A DNA stretch of 64,000 nucleotides from Eledone cirrhosa. Taxonomy: Eukaryota. The notes below the pieces were generated by a model. The model saw only the letters and a list, made by a program, of their open reading frames with translations, had not been told where the DNA came from and did not search any database. Shown one piece after another: positions 39,494 to 51,832 of this stretch. Position numbers and translations under genes: made by a program. Positions within the stretch are counted from its first letter, which is position 1; every line of letters begins with the position of its first letter. The stretch spans positions 91,078,001 through 91,142,000 of the forward strand of contig OZ024741.1 of assembly GCA_964016885.1 (NCBI GenBank). The letters run 5' to 3'.

Positions 39494-39639
39494 GTCTCTT
39501 GGTGAATGTGTTTGGAGACCAACTGAGCACAGCTAGTGGCCATCTTGTTTCTCCTATCCTCTCTACTATTGCTGATATTCTAGCAATAAACACACATGAA
39601 CATTTAATCACAGAAGCTGATAAAATAATTGCTTTGCAG
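39494..39639 (+). CDS. HEATR3: HEATR3 exon 7
   Basis: ttatAG|(G)LLVNVFGDQL...ILSTIADILAINTHEHLITEADKIIALQ|GTTAGC. Phase consistent. Confidence 0.85.
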
Positions 39640-39689
39640 GTTAGCAAACTCCTTTTATTTTTCTATTTTGCTTTAATATTGATTTGGTT

Positions 39690-41275
39690 TCATCATCATC
39701 ATCAAGCATCACCGTTTTACGTCCGTTCTTCCACGCTAGCATGGGTTAGACGGGTTGTCCTGTTGTGGGCAGTGTCTGGTCGGCTGACCATGCCTTGCTC
39801 ATACAGGAACTGATTTGGCTTGATTTCTACAGCTGGATGCCCTTCCTAACACCAACCTCATTTACAGTGAGTGGTGGGTGCTTTTTCGTGGCGCCTACAC
39901 GTCCACTTTACAGTGTGGGCTGGGTGCTTTTTTGCCGTGGCACCTCCACGACCACCTTGCAGTGGGGGGTGTGGGGGCATATTGTCTATATGCTTCAGCT
40001 TGTACCCATGGGAGGTCGGGTACGCTGTATTACTGCGTGACGCCAGAGGTCTCGGTCGTGTGTCATTGCCTTTGAGAGGTGTAATTGGGTAAGGTCGGCT
40101 TTTATCACCTCATCCCAGGTCATCTTGGGTCTCCCCACTCCGCGGTTTCCATCGACTTCTAGTGCTCTGCACCTTTTTATGCGGCTGTCATCCTTCATAC
40201 GCATCACATGTCCATACCAACGCAACCGCCTCTCCTGCACACAGCATTTGATTCCTCTTATGCTCAGTCTCTCTCTCAATTCATTTATGCTTTGTCGTTC
40301 GTGTATATTACTATTACACATCCATCGGAGCATGCAGGCTTCGTTTCTCTCTAATCTACGTAAGTCTTCCACCTTCAGCGCCCAGGTCTCACTACCATGC
40401 AACATCGCTGTTCGGATACACGCATCATACAGTCTGCCTTTCATTTTGAGGGAGAAGCCTTTTGCAGCTAGCAGTGGTAGTAGTTCCTTAAACTTCTTCC
40501 ATCCTGTTCTTACCCTAGTTATTGTACTTTCTGAACACCCACCTCCGCTGCTAATTCGGTCACCTAGGTAGCAGAAGCTGTCTACTGTTTCTACAGAGCC
40601 CTCCCAGAGATTGGTGGTACTTGTTTCCTGTGGCTGTTTGCTGCTTGCTGTCCCAGCACAGCTGCTGCATGTGAAGCCTACATTCTTAATTAAGCATCCT
40701 GAGATCCCGCTACATCTCTTGTGTACCCATTGTTTGCATTTGGGGCAGAGAATGGAGTTCCTACACCTTTCCTACATACTGAGCAAGGCCATTTCCCTGA
40801 GGGGATCTGGGTTCTGTTTTCTCGTCTACTTACAAGGACCTTAGTCTTTGTCATGTTGACTTTGAGACCCTTTCTTTCTAGTCCCTGCTTCCAAGTTTGG
40901 AATTTCTTCTCTAGTTCTACCATAGATTCAGCTATAAGTGCGAGGTCATCAGCATACAGGAGTTCCCATGGGCATCCGGTCTTAAACTCCTCCGTTATTG
41001 CCTGCAGGACTATGATGAACAGGAGGGGGCTAAGCCCTGGTGAACCCCAACCTGTACGCTAAATTCCTCGCTATACTCATTGCTAATCCTAACTTTGCTG
41101 ACTGCTCCCCTATACATGGCTTGTACCGCTTTCACAAGCCATTCATCTACTCCTAGTTTTCTAAGAGCCCACCAGATTACAGCACGTGGAACTCTGTCAA
41201 AGGCTTTCTCAAGATCGACAAATGCCAGGTAGAGTGGCTTACTTTTAGCTAGGTACTTTTCCTGTAACTGCCTGC
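39690..41275 (-). mobile_element. RTE LINE, 5'-truncated
   Basis: [12 protein letters not shown]...LYADDL...GKWPCSVCRK...RRLRWYGHV, a 3'UTR and a cat/atc tail, with frameshifts. Confidence 0.92.
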
Positions 41276-42520
41276 TTTATAGAAATCTATTTTATTTGAT
41301 TTATTGTCTGTCTAGAGTTGTTTTTTGTTGTTTAGCCCCAGGCCAACCATAATTAAGAATATCTTTGATCAAAGACATTCCAGATACAATCATCTCTTTT
41401 TTTTTTCTATACCAGGGATTACATTATCCACTGTATTCTCTCTATTTTAAGATATTATGTTGTGGTTTGAGGGAAATTTGGTTATTATTTGTAGCATATT
41501 GAGTAACTACACAGAGGTTTCCTCAATGGCTTTTCTAGAGTTGGAGTTGTCTTCTGTGGTCTTATGGAAAATATCAATAGTTGAGTTCTGCTGGACAATT
41601 GGATGATAGCTTCATTTTTAACCAGGCATTGGCAACCTTTTTTGAGCAGTGGGTCACATGAGATGTAGCTCATCATAAGGTGTGATTGTACTACTAAGGC
41701 AAATTTTCGTTAGGCATGCCATTAAGAAAGCCAAATGGCCTCCAGCTTGCCCATGACTGTTTAGGCAAGATTTTTTTGCCAAGCAAAAGGGTCAGGAGGA
41801 CCCTCTGTTGTGTCTAAGTCATGACAACCTTTCCTGTGCATTTGGTGGAGCATTGACTGCACATAAAGCGAGGCACAGATCCCTGGTGGTTCTTGGGAGA
41901 TCAGTGTCTCCGCTTCAGTACTTGGTCTATGTAGACCTATCCAACTTTTGCTAGCAAGGAAAGCGGATGTTAAAACAATAATGAGTATGATTGTGGTAAG
42001 AATCTCTCAGGAGAGCTGGACAGCAGAAGGTCTTTAGAGAAGACCCCCTCCCCCTCTCAAGTGAGTGTTTTGGCCCTCGTAAACATACCCACTTTTCACT
42101 TTCATATTCTACAATGTTTCAAGCAAACTACTATACTATATATATATATATACACAAAAGGCCACCATATAAGTTGGTTATGCTGGTGCCATGATAAAAA
42201 AAAGCACCCACTCCAATCTGTAAAGTTGTCATACTGGTGCCACAACAAAAAGCACCATACCCAATAAACACTGAAATGTGGTTGGCTTTAGGAAGGGCAT
42301 CCAACCATAGAGAACCAAGCCAAAAATGGGTTGTATGAACAAGACCTGGTCACCTAACCTGTCTAGTCTCATAACATGACAACTCATCTAACCCATGCAA
42401 GCATGGAAAATAAACACTAATCAATGATGATAACGACTAAACTTTCTTATTAATAATAAGTTTATCTTTGATTATTTCTTGTTTGATCAGAAGTAATTGT
42501 AGTTTTTTTCTTGTCTATAG

Positions 42521-42565
42521 GTAACTGATATGTTAGATGAAGCAATGGCACCAGTAGCTGAAGTG
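42521..42565 (+). CDS. HEATR3: HEATR3 exon 8 (45 nt, phase 0-0)
   Basis: tttcttgtctatAG|VTDMLDEAMAPVAEV|GTAAGA. Falls in the poorly conserved acidic linker. Confidence 0.65.
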
Positions 42566-42766
42566 GTAAGACTTTTTCTATCATCATCTTCATTAGCAAT
42601 TCTACTCAAAGTTCTTTACATATTTCATTGCATATCTTTGCAATTCTACTTGAAGTTTTCCATATATTTCACCAACTTATTTGGAAATCATTCAATTTTT
42701 ACATTCCCTTGTAATGTTTTGAGGAATTATCTCTGATTATAATAATATTTGTTATTTTATTTCTAG

Positions 42767-42823
42767 TCTAATGGTACCACACCTGGGGCAGAAGCTGTAG
42801 AGATGTTAGAAGTTAACAACAAA
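42767..42823 (+). CDS. HEATR3: HEATR3 exon 9 (57 nt, phase 0-0)
   Basis: ttttatttctAG|SNGTTPGAEAVEMLEVNNK|GTAAGA. Confidence 0.65.
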
Positions 42824-43620
42824 GTAAGAGTTCTTTCAATATGGTTTTTGTCAATCTTTGAAAATGTCTTTTGAAATGTGAAATTCGATTTCTATATTTA
42901 GCTATGTTCACTGGTGCAAGTTATGCCAATGTGGAGAAAATGAATGTTAAAATACCATTTAATCCAGTCTAAAAATGTCGGGTTTTGAGGTCACAATAAT
43001 GCAAGATTGTGAAGAGTAGCAGTATTTTGTTTGCAGATCTACTCATCCCATACCAGTCTGGAAAAAAAACTGATTTGTAAATGATGATGATGTTCATTTA
43101 ATAGGATAGGGTTCATTAGAAAATAAGTTAATCTTGTCTCAAAACACATCTAAGTTCAGACAGTCTGCACTTAAATTTAGTTTTTCTGATATTACGTAGA
43201 TAAAGCAAATTTCCCTTGGGATAAGTTGCTTATCTATTGCAGGCAACAACTTCCTCAATAAAACTTACTATATATTCTCGTAAGGTAATGTAAAAATTAA
43301 ATGTCTTGTTCAGAGACACAAGATGCTAGCAGTTGGTAAAAACTCAAACCAATTAGCTTAGTTTGTGTATGTATATATTAGCACTCATGTATGTATGTTA
43401 GGGGAAACGTGTCCTTGAAGATGGTTAGCTAATATGTTTTGAAACTAACTATATATATATTTGGCATTAGGAAGGGCATTCAGCCATAGAAAACCAGCCA
43501 GAAACACTCCTATATGAGCGAGACACGGTCACCCGACACAACTTGCCTCATAATAGGACTCGTCTAACCCATGCTGGCGTGGAAGATGGACTTTAATCGA
43601 TGATGATTATATATATATAT

Positions 43621-43810
43621 AGGGCGGTGGATTGGCAGTATCAGTAGAGGGTCGGACGCCATGCTTTCCAGCATAGTTACTTCCCTTTACGATCTGAGTT
43701 CAAATCCCGCCGAGGTTGACTTTGCCTTTCATCCTTACGGGGTCGATAAAATAAAGTACCAGTAATGCACTGGGTAATAGCTGGCCTTGTGCCTATAGTA
43801 GAAACAATTA
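43621..43810 (+). mobile_element. Full-length SINE in a TA microsatellite
   Basis: gggcggtggattggcag...ctgagttcaaatcccgccgaggttgactttgcctttcatcc...gtagaaacaatta. Same family as 15679, 33070, 49845, 52420 and 55015. Confidence 0.8.
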
Positions 43811-44289
43811 TATATATATAGGTGTGTGTGTGTAAGCGTGTGCATGCGTTCTTGTATTCATATATGTTTTTGTGTTGGCCCTGCTTAACAACTGGTGCTA
43901 TCTTTTTATAACCTACTGCTTAGCAGTTCAACAAAATCAATGAAATAAGTACAGGTTGGCTAAAAGATGCTGTCTCAAAAAAGTCTCTCTATCTCATGTT
44001 AGCATGAAAAAGTAGATTTAAAAACAGCCACAATCCTCCCCTCCTTTCTTTACAGTCCATCCTTTTTGATTGAATTCCTTTTTTTATTGTGAGATTGGTT
44101 GTACAGATTTACAATGTATCATCTCATTAAGAAATATAACTTTTCAAGGTTATCTATAGATTTAACTTTCAACTAGGCAATAGACACTTCGTTCCTTATA
44201 CAGGGTTACTCAGTTATTTGAAGGCAGTTGCATAATTTTAGTATAAAACAGTCTTGAGATTCCTTTTGATGCATTTACTCAATGAATCT

Positions 44290-45260
44290 GCTATTGGCAT
44301 TGATCAGTGCTTCAATATGAAGTCTGAAATGTTGACATGCCCAAATCAAATGATCTTTATTTATTTTGAACATTTTACTAGTTATGGCAGACTTGAGAGA
44401 TTTTATAGTGTTATTGGGCATTGATTGATTTCCCTCTCGACTATGCCCCATACTAATTTAGGTCTGGAAAGCTAGGAGGCCATATGTTTGGGGATGGAAT
44501 CGTGGAAATTGTAATTCATCCATTCTTGGGCCATCTTGGCCTTATAAAGCAACACAGTCTTGGTAGGTATACAATCTTCCTTTGCTCATGCTCTCTATCC
44601 AACGCCTCACAGCCCTCTCCAACACCTAATAGTCAAGAGCCAGCAGTATTGACCTTTAAGCCTTGAGGAAAGAAGTTAGGAGGCATGACATCTCCCACAT
44701 TGCTCATGACTCCCAGAATCATCACAGTTGCTTGAAACTCTGTGTGCATGACTGTTGAAACGTCTTTAGGGTCTCTGCATAACCATTTGCGATTCCTTCA
44801 AAGTTTTTCTTATTAGAGAATAACCTAAAAATTCCAGGCTCTTGATGTTTCAACTTGCTCAACAAGCACTTAACGCAGATCAGATGGGTTGCCTTTTGTC
44901 TTTGCACACATGAATTAGCCTTTCCGTATTACATATGACTTTTACCAAAGGTCTTCATACACAATTCTTCCAATAGAATGCCTTAAAATTTTGAGCTCCT
45001 TAGTAATGGCACTAATTGAATTTCTGGGTTCCTTATTGATAATTTTCTGTACTTGCCATACAGGTTTGGGAGATTTTATGGAATTAGGACCTTTAGCAGG
45101 TGTTTTACACTTGTCTACTGCTGTAGAATCTCAGTCAATGGCTTCCAGCTCTTTATGAACTTTCACAACAAACGACCATGTAACTTTCCCTAAGCGAGCA
45201 ATCTCTAAATCACTATGCTCTGCATTTAAGGCAATGACTACAACCTGCCTTTTCATTTGT
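44290..45260 (-). mobile_element. Tc1/mariner-superfamily transposase pseudogene
   Basis: Fragments MKRQVVVIALNAEHSDLEIA, LGVMSNVGDVMPPNFFPQGLKVNTAG, AQEWM..NF, WPPSFPDLN and WGIVERE, with many frameshifts. Confidence 0.75.
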
Positions 45261-45550
45261 TGAGTTAGCTTGATGTCTGTCATCATTTATCTGAAAACAA
45301 ATGATAATCAGTATAAGTAATAAAAAAGTTAGAGTGATTAAAAGACATGCCCAAAGAAGTGAGCAACCCTGTATTAGAATGGGGGTCATTGAGAAGGTCA
45401 TTAAATAATAGAACTACTGTATCAGTTCTCCAAATAACAATATCTTTTATCAGATTTTATTTGGGAAATCTTGAAATGGTGATATAACATTTAGTCTAGC
45501 TTTTTACCAAACTAAGAGGTCTGTTATAATACTTTTTATATGAATTGCAG

Positions 45551-45595
45551 AGAAATGGAACAAGCCCTGAAAAGCTAGAACCAAAAGTTGATAAG
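45551..45595 (+). CDS. HEATR3: HEATR3 exon 10 (45 nt, phase 0-0)
   Basis: ttgcAG|RNGTSPEKLEPKVDK|GTAAGA. Confidence 0.65.
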
Positions 45596-46103
45596 GTAAG
45601 ATCAATTACTGAAGTAATATTGTAAAAGGTGAGTTGCTTGCGGTTAGGGTAGTGGACTCATGATTAAAAAGTCATGAGCTTGATTCTTGGACTGGACAAC
45701 ATGTATGTATTCTTGAGCAAAATATTTTATTTCACATTGTTCCTTCTGCCAGGAGTTGCAACTGGCAGATGGCAATAGAAACACCAATGGAAACAGGCGA
45801 TTGGCTTCTTTGTTTTTCTCTTATTTTGCAAAATGGAAAGGGTATTGAAGAATGTTTTATACGTGTATGCTTATGATTATTTGTGAAAATATAAAATGCA
45901 GAGAACTGTCTATAATATTTATGTGTGTATGTTTGTATAATATTTGCCCCAGCATCGCCTCAGCCAGTTGGCTGGAACAGGTAAAAGAATATATATGTGT
46001 GTGTAGGTGTATGTGTATGCAAAAGGTAAACAAAAATAACAGCAAACGACATAATACAATGAAGAAATATATTAGTTTAATGCTTGATAGAGTAGTACAA
46101 AAG

Positions 46104-46139
46104 TCTTTACATTTCGGACACCAATCCTTCATCAGAAGA
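46104..46139 (-). ncRNA. Minimal type I hammerhead motif
   Basis: Minus strand: tctt-CTGATGA-agga[ttggtg]tcc-GAAA-TG-T-A-aaga. Stem III ATGT is probably CpG-decayed ACGT. Confidence 0.6.
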
Positions 46140-46879
46140 TAGAGTGAGAAATAAAAGATGAAATAGAAAGTTAGAGAGTGAAAAGAGGAAGGAACGGAAA
46201 ACGTTTTTAAGAAAAAAACATGTGCATATTCAATCAGCCATTTTGGAGGGGCAAGAAAAGATATAAATGTGTGTAGCAAAAATGTCAATGGGAAGGAAAA
46301 GAGGGCTCTATCTAGTGAAAGAGCTAATTTATTATGATTCATAATCTGTATTGTGTTACCTTTCAAGACACAGACATGGCAGTGCAGAATGCATGAAGCA
46401 GCAGTACAATATGTAGGCCTAATTCATCAGGCACTGAATGTTTGAATGGAATCTAGTTTTGAAGTCGTGTAGAAAAAAGGTCACAACTCCCTAAAATGGT
46501 TTTAGTTTCTAAGGGAGGCGACTCTTGTTTAATAATGCGAATGGCTATGATGTGTGTTTCTGTGTCTGTTTTTCAAGTCGATTGATACTAGATATAGCAA
46601 TTCTTCTGTGGCTACAGCCCTGACATCATCATATTTGTGATGATTGGGATCTGGGCTGTAGCTGTAGCACAGTCTGAGATGTCAGAGGAATATTCCAATT
46701 TAAGTCCTCACCCGAGTTCTATAGTCATAGGAGTAAGGTCTATTGCCTTAACTACTCTAGGAATGTATCCCAGACAGCTCAGATTGATATGGTTGATGTT
46801 CAGTTCCAAATGATTGTAGTTCTGATGCAAAAGGTTTGTTAAGTGTAGAATTTGGGAGCTGGATGAAAACAGTATGTAG

Positions 46880-48150
46880 TTCATCATCATCATCATTTTA
46901 CGTCCGCTCTTCCCTGCTTGCAAGAGTGGGACGGGTCTTATTCAGCACAGCATCTCTCCACTTGTCACGGTCCTTCGTCATCTCCACCGTGAGCTTCAGC
47001 GATCTGAGGTCTGTTCTCACCACCTCCGACCATGTTTTTCGTGGTCTATCTCTACCACGTCTTCCTTCAACTGGCATTTCCTGGCACTTCTTTACCCATC
47101 GGTCATCCTCCATGCGCATCACATGTCCATACCACCTCAGTCTCCTCTCCCATACACTACATTCTATCCCTCTCAGACACAGTTTCTCTCTCAACACATT
47201 CATGCTTGGTCGTTCACACACATTGACACTGCACATCCAACGGAGCATGCTTGCCTCATTTCTCTCCAGCCATTGCATATCCTCTGCAGTTGCTGCCCAT
47301 ATCTCACTACCATGCAACATCGCGCTTCTCACACAGGCATCATATAACCGGCCTTTCGCACGCAGGGAGAAACCCTTCTTCGTCAGCAGAGGAAGCAGCT
47401 CCCTAAACTTCTTCCAACCCATCCTTATTCTAGATACTATGGCCTCGGAACAGCCCCTCCCATGCTAATCTGATCTAGGTACCGGAAGCTATCCACCACT
47501 TCTATAGCACCCGCCTGCATTTGAAAAATGTGTCTATCAATGCGACTTCTACTGTCTAATTTCCCTGTACATCTACTGCATATATATTTCTCCCTACCTG
47601 TTAGTTTGCCTGCTATCCCGCTACATCTCTTGTGTACCCAGGATCTGCATTGTATGCATTTTATAGAATTTATGCCAGTTCCTTTTCTGCATATCGAACA
47701 TGGCCATTTCCCTGATGGAATCAGAGTTTTGTCCTCTTTTCTACTCATCAACACTTTTGTCTTAGCTAGGTTCACTCTCAGTCCTCTTGCTTCCAACTGC
47801 TGTTTCCATAGCCAGAATTTATTCTCTAGCTCCTCTCCTGATTCTGCTATAACAACCAGATCGTCAGCATAGAGAAGTTCCCATGGACAGCCAGTCTTAA
47901 ACTCCCCTGTTATGGCTTTGAGGACTATAATGAACAAGAGTGAGCTGATGACCGAACCTTGATGTACTCCTACTTGTATCTGGAATTCCTCACTAAACTC
48001 CATTCCTACCCTGACTTTACTGACAGTTCCTCTGTACAAAGTTTGCACTGTCCTCACAAGCCATTCCTCAACACCTAGTTTCCTTAGGGACCACCTGATG
48101 ACAGATCGGGGGTACCCTATCAAAGGCTAAGTATAGTGGCTTATTTTTTG
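46880..48150 (-). mobile_element. RTE LINE, 5'-truncated
   Basis: ORFs 47437-48123 ([20 protein letters not shown]) and 46898-47422, followed by a (tca)n tail. Confidence 0.92.
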
Positions 48151-48348
48151 TAGTTATACAAAGATATTCTGCATTTGTGTGAATTGGAGAATATTGACCC
48201 TCAATGTGGTCATAGATAATATGGCTGATTTTTTTTAAACAGTAAACTGGTTGTTCAAGGCAGAGATATGTGTCATCACACTACTGCCATTAGTTATTTT
48301 TCTACTTTGTGTGTAATTTTTAACTGTTATATTTGTTCTGCTTTGTAG

Positions 48349-48442
48349 GCAACAGAGATTAGTAAGATTATATCAAATGCTGAAAATTTCCTCAAGGCAC
48401 AACAGATAGCTGTGGAAATAGCTGCCAATTTGTGTTTTGAAG
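48349..48442 (+). CDS. HEATR3: HEATR3 exon 11
   Basis: ttgtAG|ATEISKIISNAENFLKAQQIAVEIAANLCFE(D)|GTAAAT. Conserved AQQ.A.EI..N.C. Confidence 0.92.
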
Positions 48443-48894
48443 GTAAATTTGAGGGTTTTTATTCCATTCAAATAGAATATAATGTATTTTATATGCTGGT
48501 GTATCTCTGAAACATACATAGAACAAATCCCCAAACTGTTAAAAAGAACATATACAAGACAAAGGCTGTTTAATAATTACTTTCCTTTTATCCCTATCAA
48601 CTGTTGGGACACAGGCATGTATGTATCACTTTATGTTTGTTTTATGTCCAATTTTTCCATGCTTGCCTGGGCTGGACAAAACTTTTTGAGGAATGTTTTT
48701 TTGTGGCCAGATGCTGTTTCTGATACCAATCCATACTTTTTTTTAAGTATGACATATATACTACTGACATTCATTGAGCTGTTACACTGCAGGACACATT
48801 GTTTATAGAGGACATAAACAAACATCATCACATGCTTTTAAACACTTATATACAAAAAGGTTCACAGTGACTGATGCATAAAAACACACATACA

Positions 48895-49125
48895 CACATG
48901 TGATGCACATGGAGGATGACCGCTGGGTAAAGAAGTGCCAAGAAATCCCAGTAGAAGGAAGACCACGAAAAACATGGGCAGAGGTGGTGAGAGCAGACCT
49001 CAGATTGCTGAAGCTCAGGGAGGAGATGACGAAGGACCGTGACACGTGGAGAGATGCTGTGCTGAATAGGACCCGTCCCACTCTTGCAAGCAGAGAAAAG
49101 CGGACGTAAAATGATGATAATGATG
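48895..49125 (+). mobile_element. RTE 3' fragment
   Basis: MEDDRWVKKCQEIPVEGRPRKTW...RTRPTLASREKRT followed by a gat tail. Confidence 0.8.
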
Positions 49126-50944
49126 ATACATATATCATCATCATTGCCGTTAAACTGCCATTTTTCCATGCTAGCAGGAGTTTAGACAAGTTCTCTCATT
49201 GTGAGACAAGCCAGATCAGGCAGGCTACCTTATAGTTTCCATCTACTAAATTCAATACTGGACTGGTACTTTATTCATTGACACCCAAAGGATGAAATGT
49301 GAGGTTGGCCTCAATGGGATTTGAACTCACTGTGCAGAGAGTCGAAACAAATACCACAATGCTGTAAAGATTCTACCAATTTTCCACTCTTTTATCCAAT
49401 TTACAACTTGTCTGTTGTCTTCTTTTCAAGCTATAAAAGTAGTTGTAGACATAGTGAAATCAGTGGATAAATTTGAATGTTCACTCTTTCACAATAAACA
49501 TGCACTAACCTTATTTTAACACTTCTCACTAAGATGGCTTTGTGCATGATCGGAAGCTCAGTTAATCTTTAGCATGCTGAATTTTTTTATGAATGCTTCC
49601 CTTGACACTGCATTATGTATTAAGGGGAAATTACTTTATTGGCGACAATACACCTAGAGTGCACTGAAGGTTAATCTTTCTTATCTCGATAGTACAGGAA
49701 ATATATTATAGTCTCCCTCTTTGCTAATTCAACATTATTAGAGAATATGATCAGCTCAGCATTATAGTTTTTTGTTCACCCAATATGTGTGTGTGTCATT
49801 ATCATCATTTAATATTAGTGTTCCCTGCTATGTATAACTATTTAAGGGTGGTGGATTGGTAGAATCACTAGGGTGTCGGACAAAATACTTTGCAGCATTT
49901 GTTTTAGCTCTTTACTTTCTGTGTTAAAATCCCAACAAAGTCAACTTTGCTTTTTATCTTTCAGGGGTTGATAAATAAAATTCCCATCAAATACTGGGGT
50001 TGATTCAATCAACTTTCTCCTGCACCAAATTCCTAGTCTTGTGCCTAAATTAAAAATTATATATACACACACATATGGACTTAATAGGGATCAAATACTG
50101 TGTGCAGGAGAGAAAACTCTAATGGTATGGACACGTGGTGTGCATGAAGGATGACAGCTATATAAAAAGCTGCAGGGCACAAGAGGGAAGATGTAGGATG
50201 AAACGATAAAGGTTAACTTGGCTCAGCTGAACCTCCCAACGGTGATGACACAGCGCTGAGACCTCTGACGCTCCAATGTACAACAAAAGACCCGTTTCAT
50301 CTCAACCTCAGACCCTGCTCATAACGGTCCCACCCAATTCCACACTGTAAACTTGCCACTCTTTTTATGCGTAAGGCTTGTCAAACCCAACTGGCCCAAC
50401 CTTCCACATAGTAGGACAACCCAGCTCCCTAATTATGGTTCTGATGTGAATAGGGTACAGTGCAGCCAACTTGGCCAGACCCTCCTCATAACGGCGCCAT
50501 CCAGTGTTCTACTATAAGTAAGGCTTGGTGTGGCCAACTGGCCGAGCCTCTATCATAATGGGTCCACCAAGATCTCAAATCACAGCAACAGTACCAATAT
50601 TGTGCAAGGCACGGCATGGCCATCTGGTCAGACTCGGGCCAACTGACCTGACCTCCCTCATAGTGGGACCACCCAGTTCCCAAACTATAGTTTTGCTGTG
50701 AGCAGGCTACAGCATGGCCAACTGGCCTGTCCCTCCTCATAACGGTGCTATCTAGTTCTACACTGTAAATGTGGTTGGTGTTAGGAAGGACATCCAGCTG
50801 TAAAAATCCTGGCCAAATTTTTACAGTTGTCCTGGCTAGAGTTGTCTCATGTTGTACACGACCCATCTAACCCTTGCGATCTTGGAAAATGGACATTAAA
50901 CCTTGATGATGATGCTGATATATATATATATATATATATCGTGC

Positions 50945-51186
50945 ACGGAAAATTCCCAGTTGGATAATTGCCGGGCAGAAGATTACCAGTGCTTTAGGTT
51001 TTACTTAAGGTTTAGAATCTATTTATCTGACAGTGCTTTGGAATGTGTGTGTGTCAGTGTATATATGTGTGTGTCTTTTAATTTGTCAATGACAATATCC
51101 CACACAGGCAATTGTCTCAATGCCAATTTTCCACCTGGCAATCTTCCCGCTGGCAATTTTCCAACTTGAAATTTTCCTAGAACCAT
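50945..51186. mobile_element. MITE with subterminal repeats
   Basis: ggaaaattcccagttggataattgcc at the left end and repeated ggcaattttcc...aattttcctagaacc at the right end, flanked by TA runs. Confidence 0.5.
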
Positions 51187-51202
51187 ATATATATATATAT
51201 AA

Positions 51203-51497
51203 AGAAAGAACAGAATGAGATTTCACATTGAGGTTTGTATTGATTAGACTCAAATACGAACATTTCACAGATGGGTGGCTTAAGATCCATATTTGTGTTA
51301 TAAACCCAACTCTAGCACCAATCTTCTCATCACCCTTGTTAAGCAAGCAAAACAGATGAGATTCTGGTTTTGTTTGATTAACATGTCTGCTCCGCAGACA
51401 TGTTAATCAAATATGGATCTTGAGCCAGCCATCTGAGAAACATATGTAACTGAGCTTAATCAATAAAAACTTCAATGTAAAACTTCATTTTGTTCTA
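51203..51497. repeat. Foldback element: ~90-bp imperfect TIRs plus an internal perfect 18-bp hairpin
   Basis: agaacagaatgagatttcacattgagg...agatccatatttg pairs with caaatatggatct...cttcaatgtaaaacttcattttgttct. The internal hairpin tttgattaacatgtctgc-tcc-gcagacatgttaatcaaa is at 51373-51411. Confidence 0.7.
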
Positions 51498-51737
51498 TAC
51501 ACTCTACTACAGCATAGAGTGCTAATATTGGTACCTTCCTCAGTGAACCACAAATCTACTGAATCACTCAATATATGTATTGAATATTCTGTCTAGCTAT
51601 TCAGTACACATGTAAAATTTAATTTTCATTTTTATATTTTTATTTAATTACTAATATTAATGAATATGATGATGATGATGATGATTATTATTACCGTAGA
51701 CTCTTAAGAATAATATCTAATGGTTCTGCCATTCCAG

Positions 51738-51832
51738 ATGATGATTATGAAGAACTTGCTAGTGATGAATCAATGTCATCTGATGAAATTGTCTGTGATA
51801 TTGACATGGAAACAAATGAATTAAATGTATTG
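51738..51832 (+). CDS. HEATR3: HEATR3 exon 12
   Basis: ttccAG|(D)DDYEELASDESMSSDEIVCDIDMETNELNVL|GTAAGT. Conserved acidic DD.EEL.S.DES. Confidence 0.9.
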
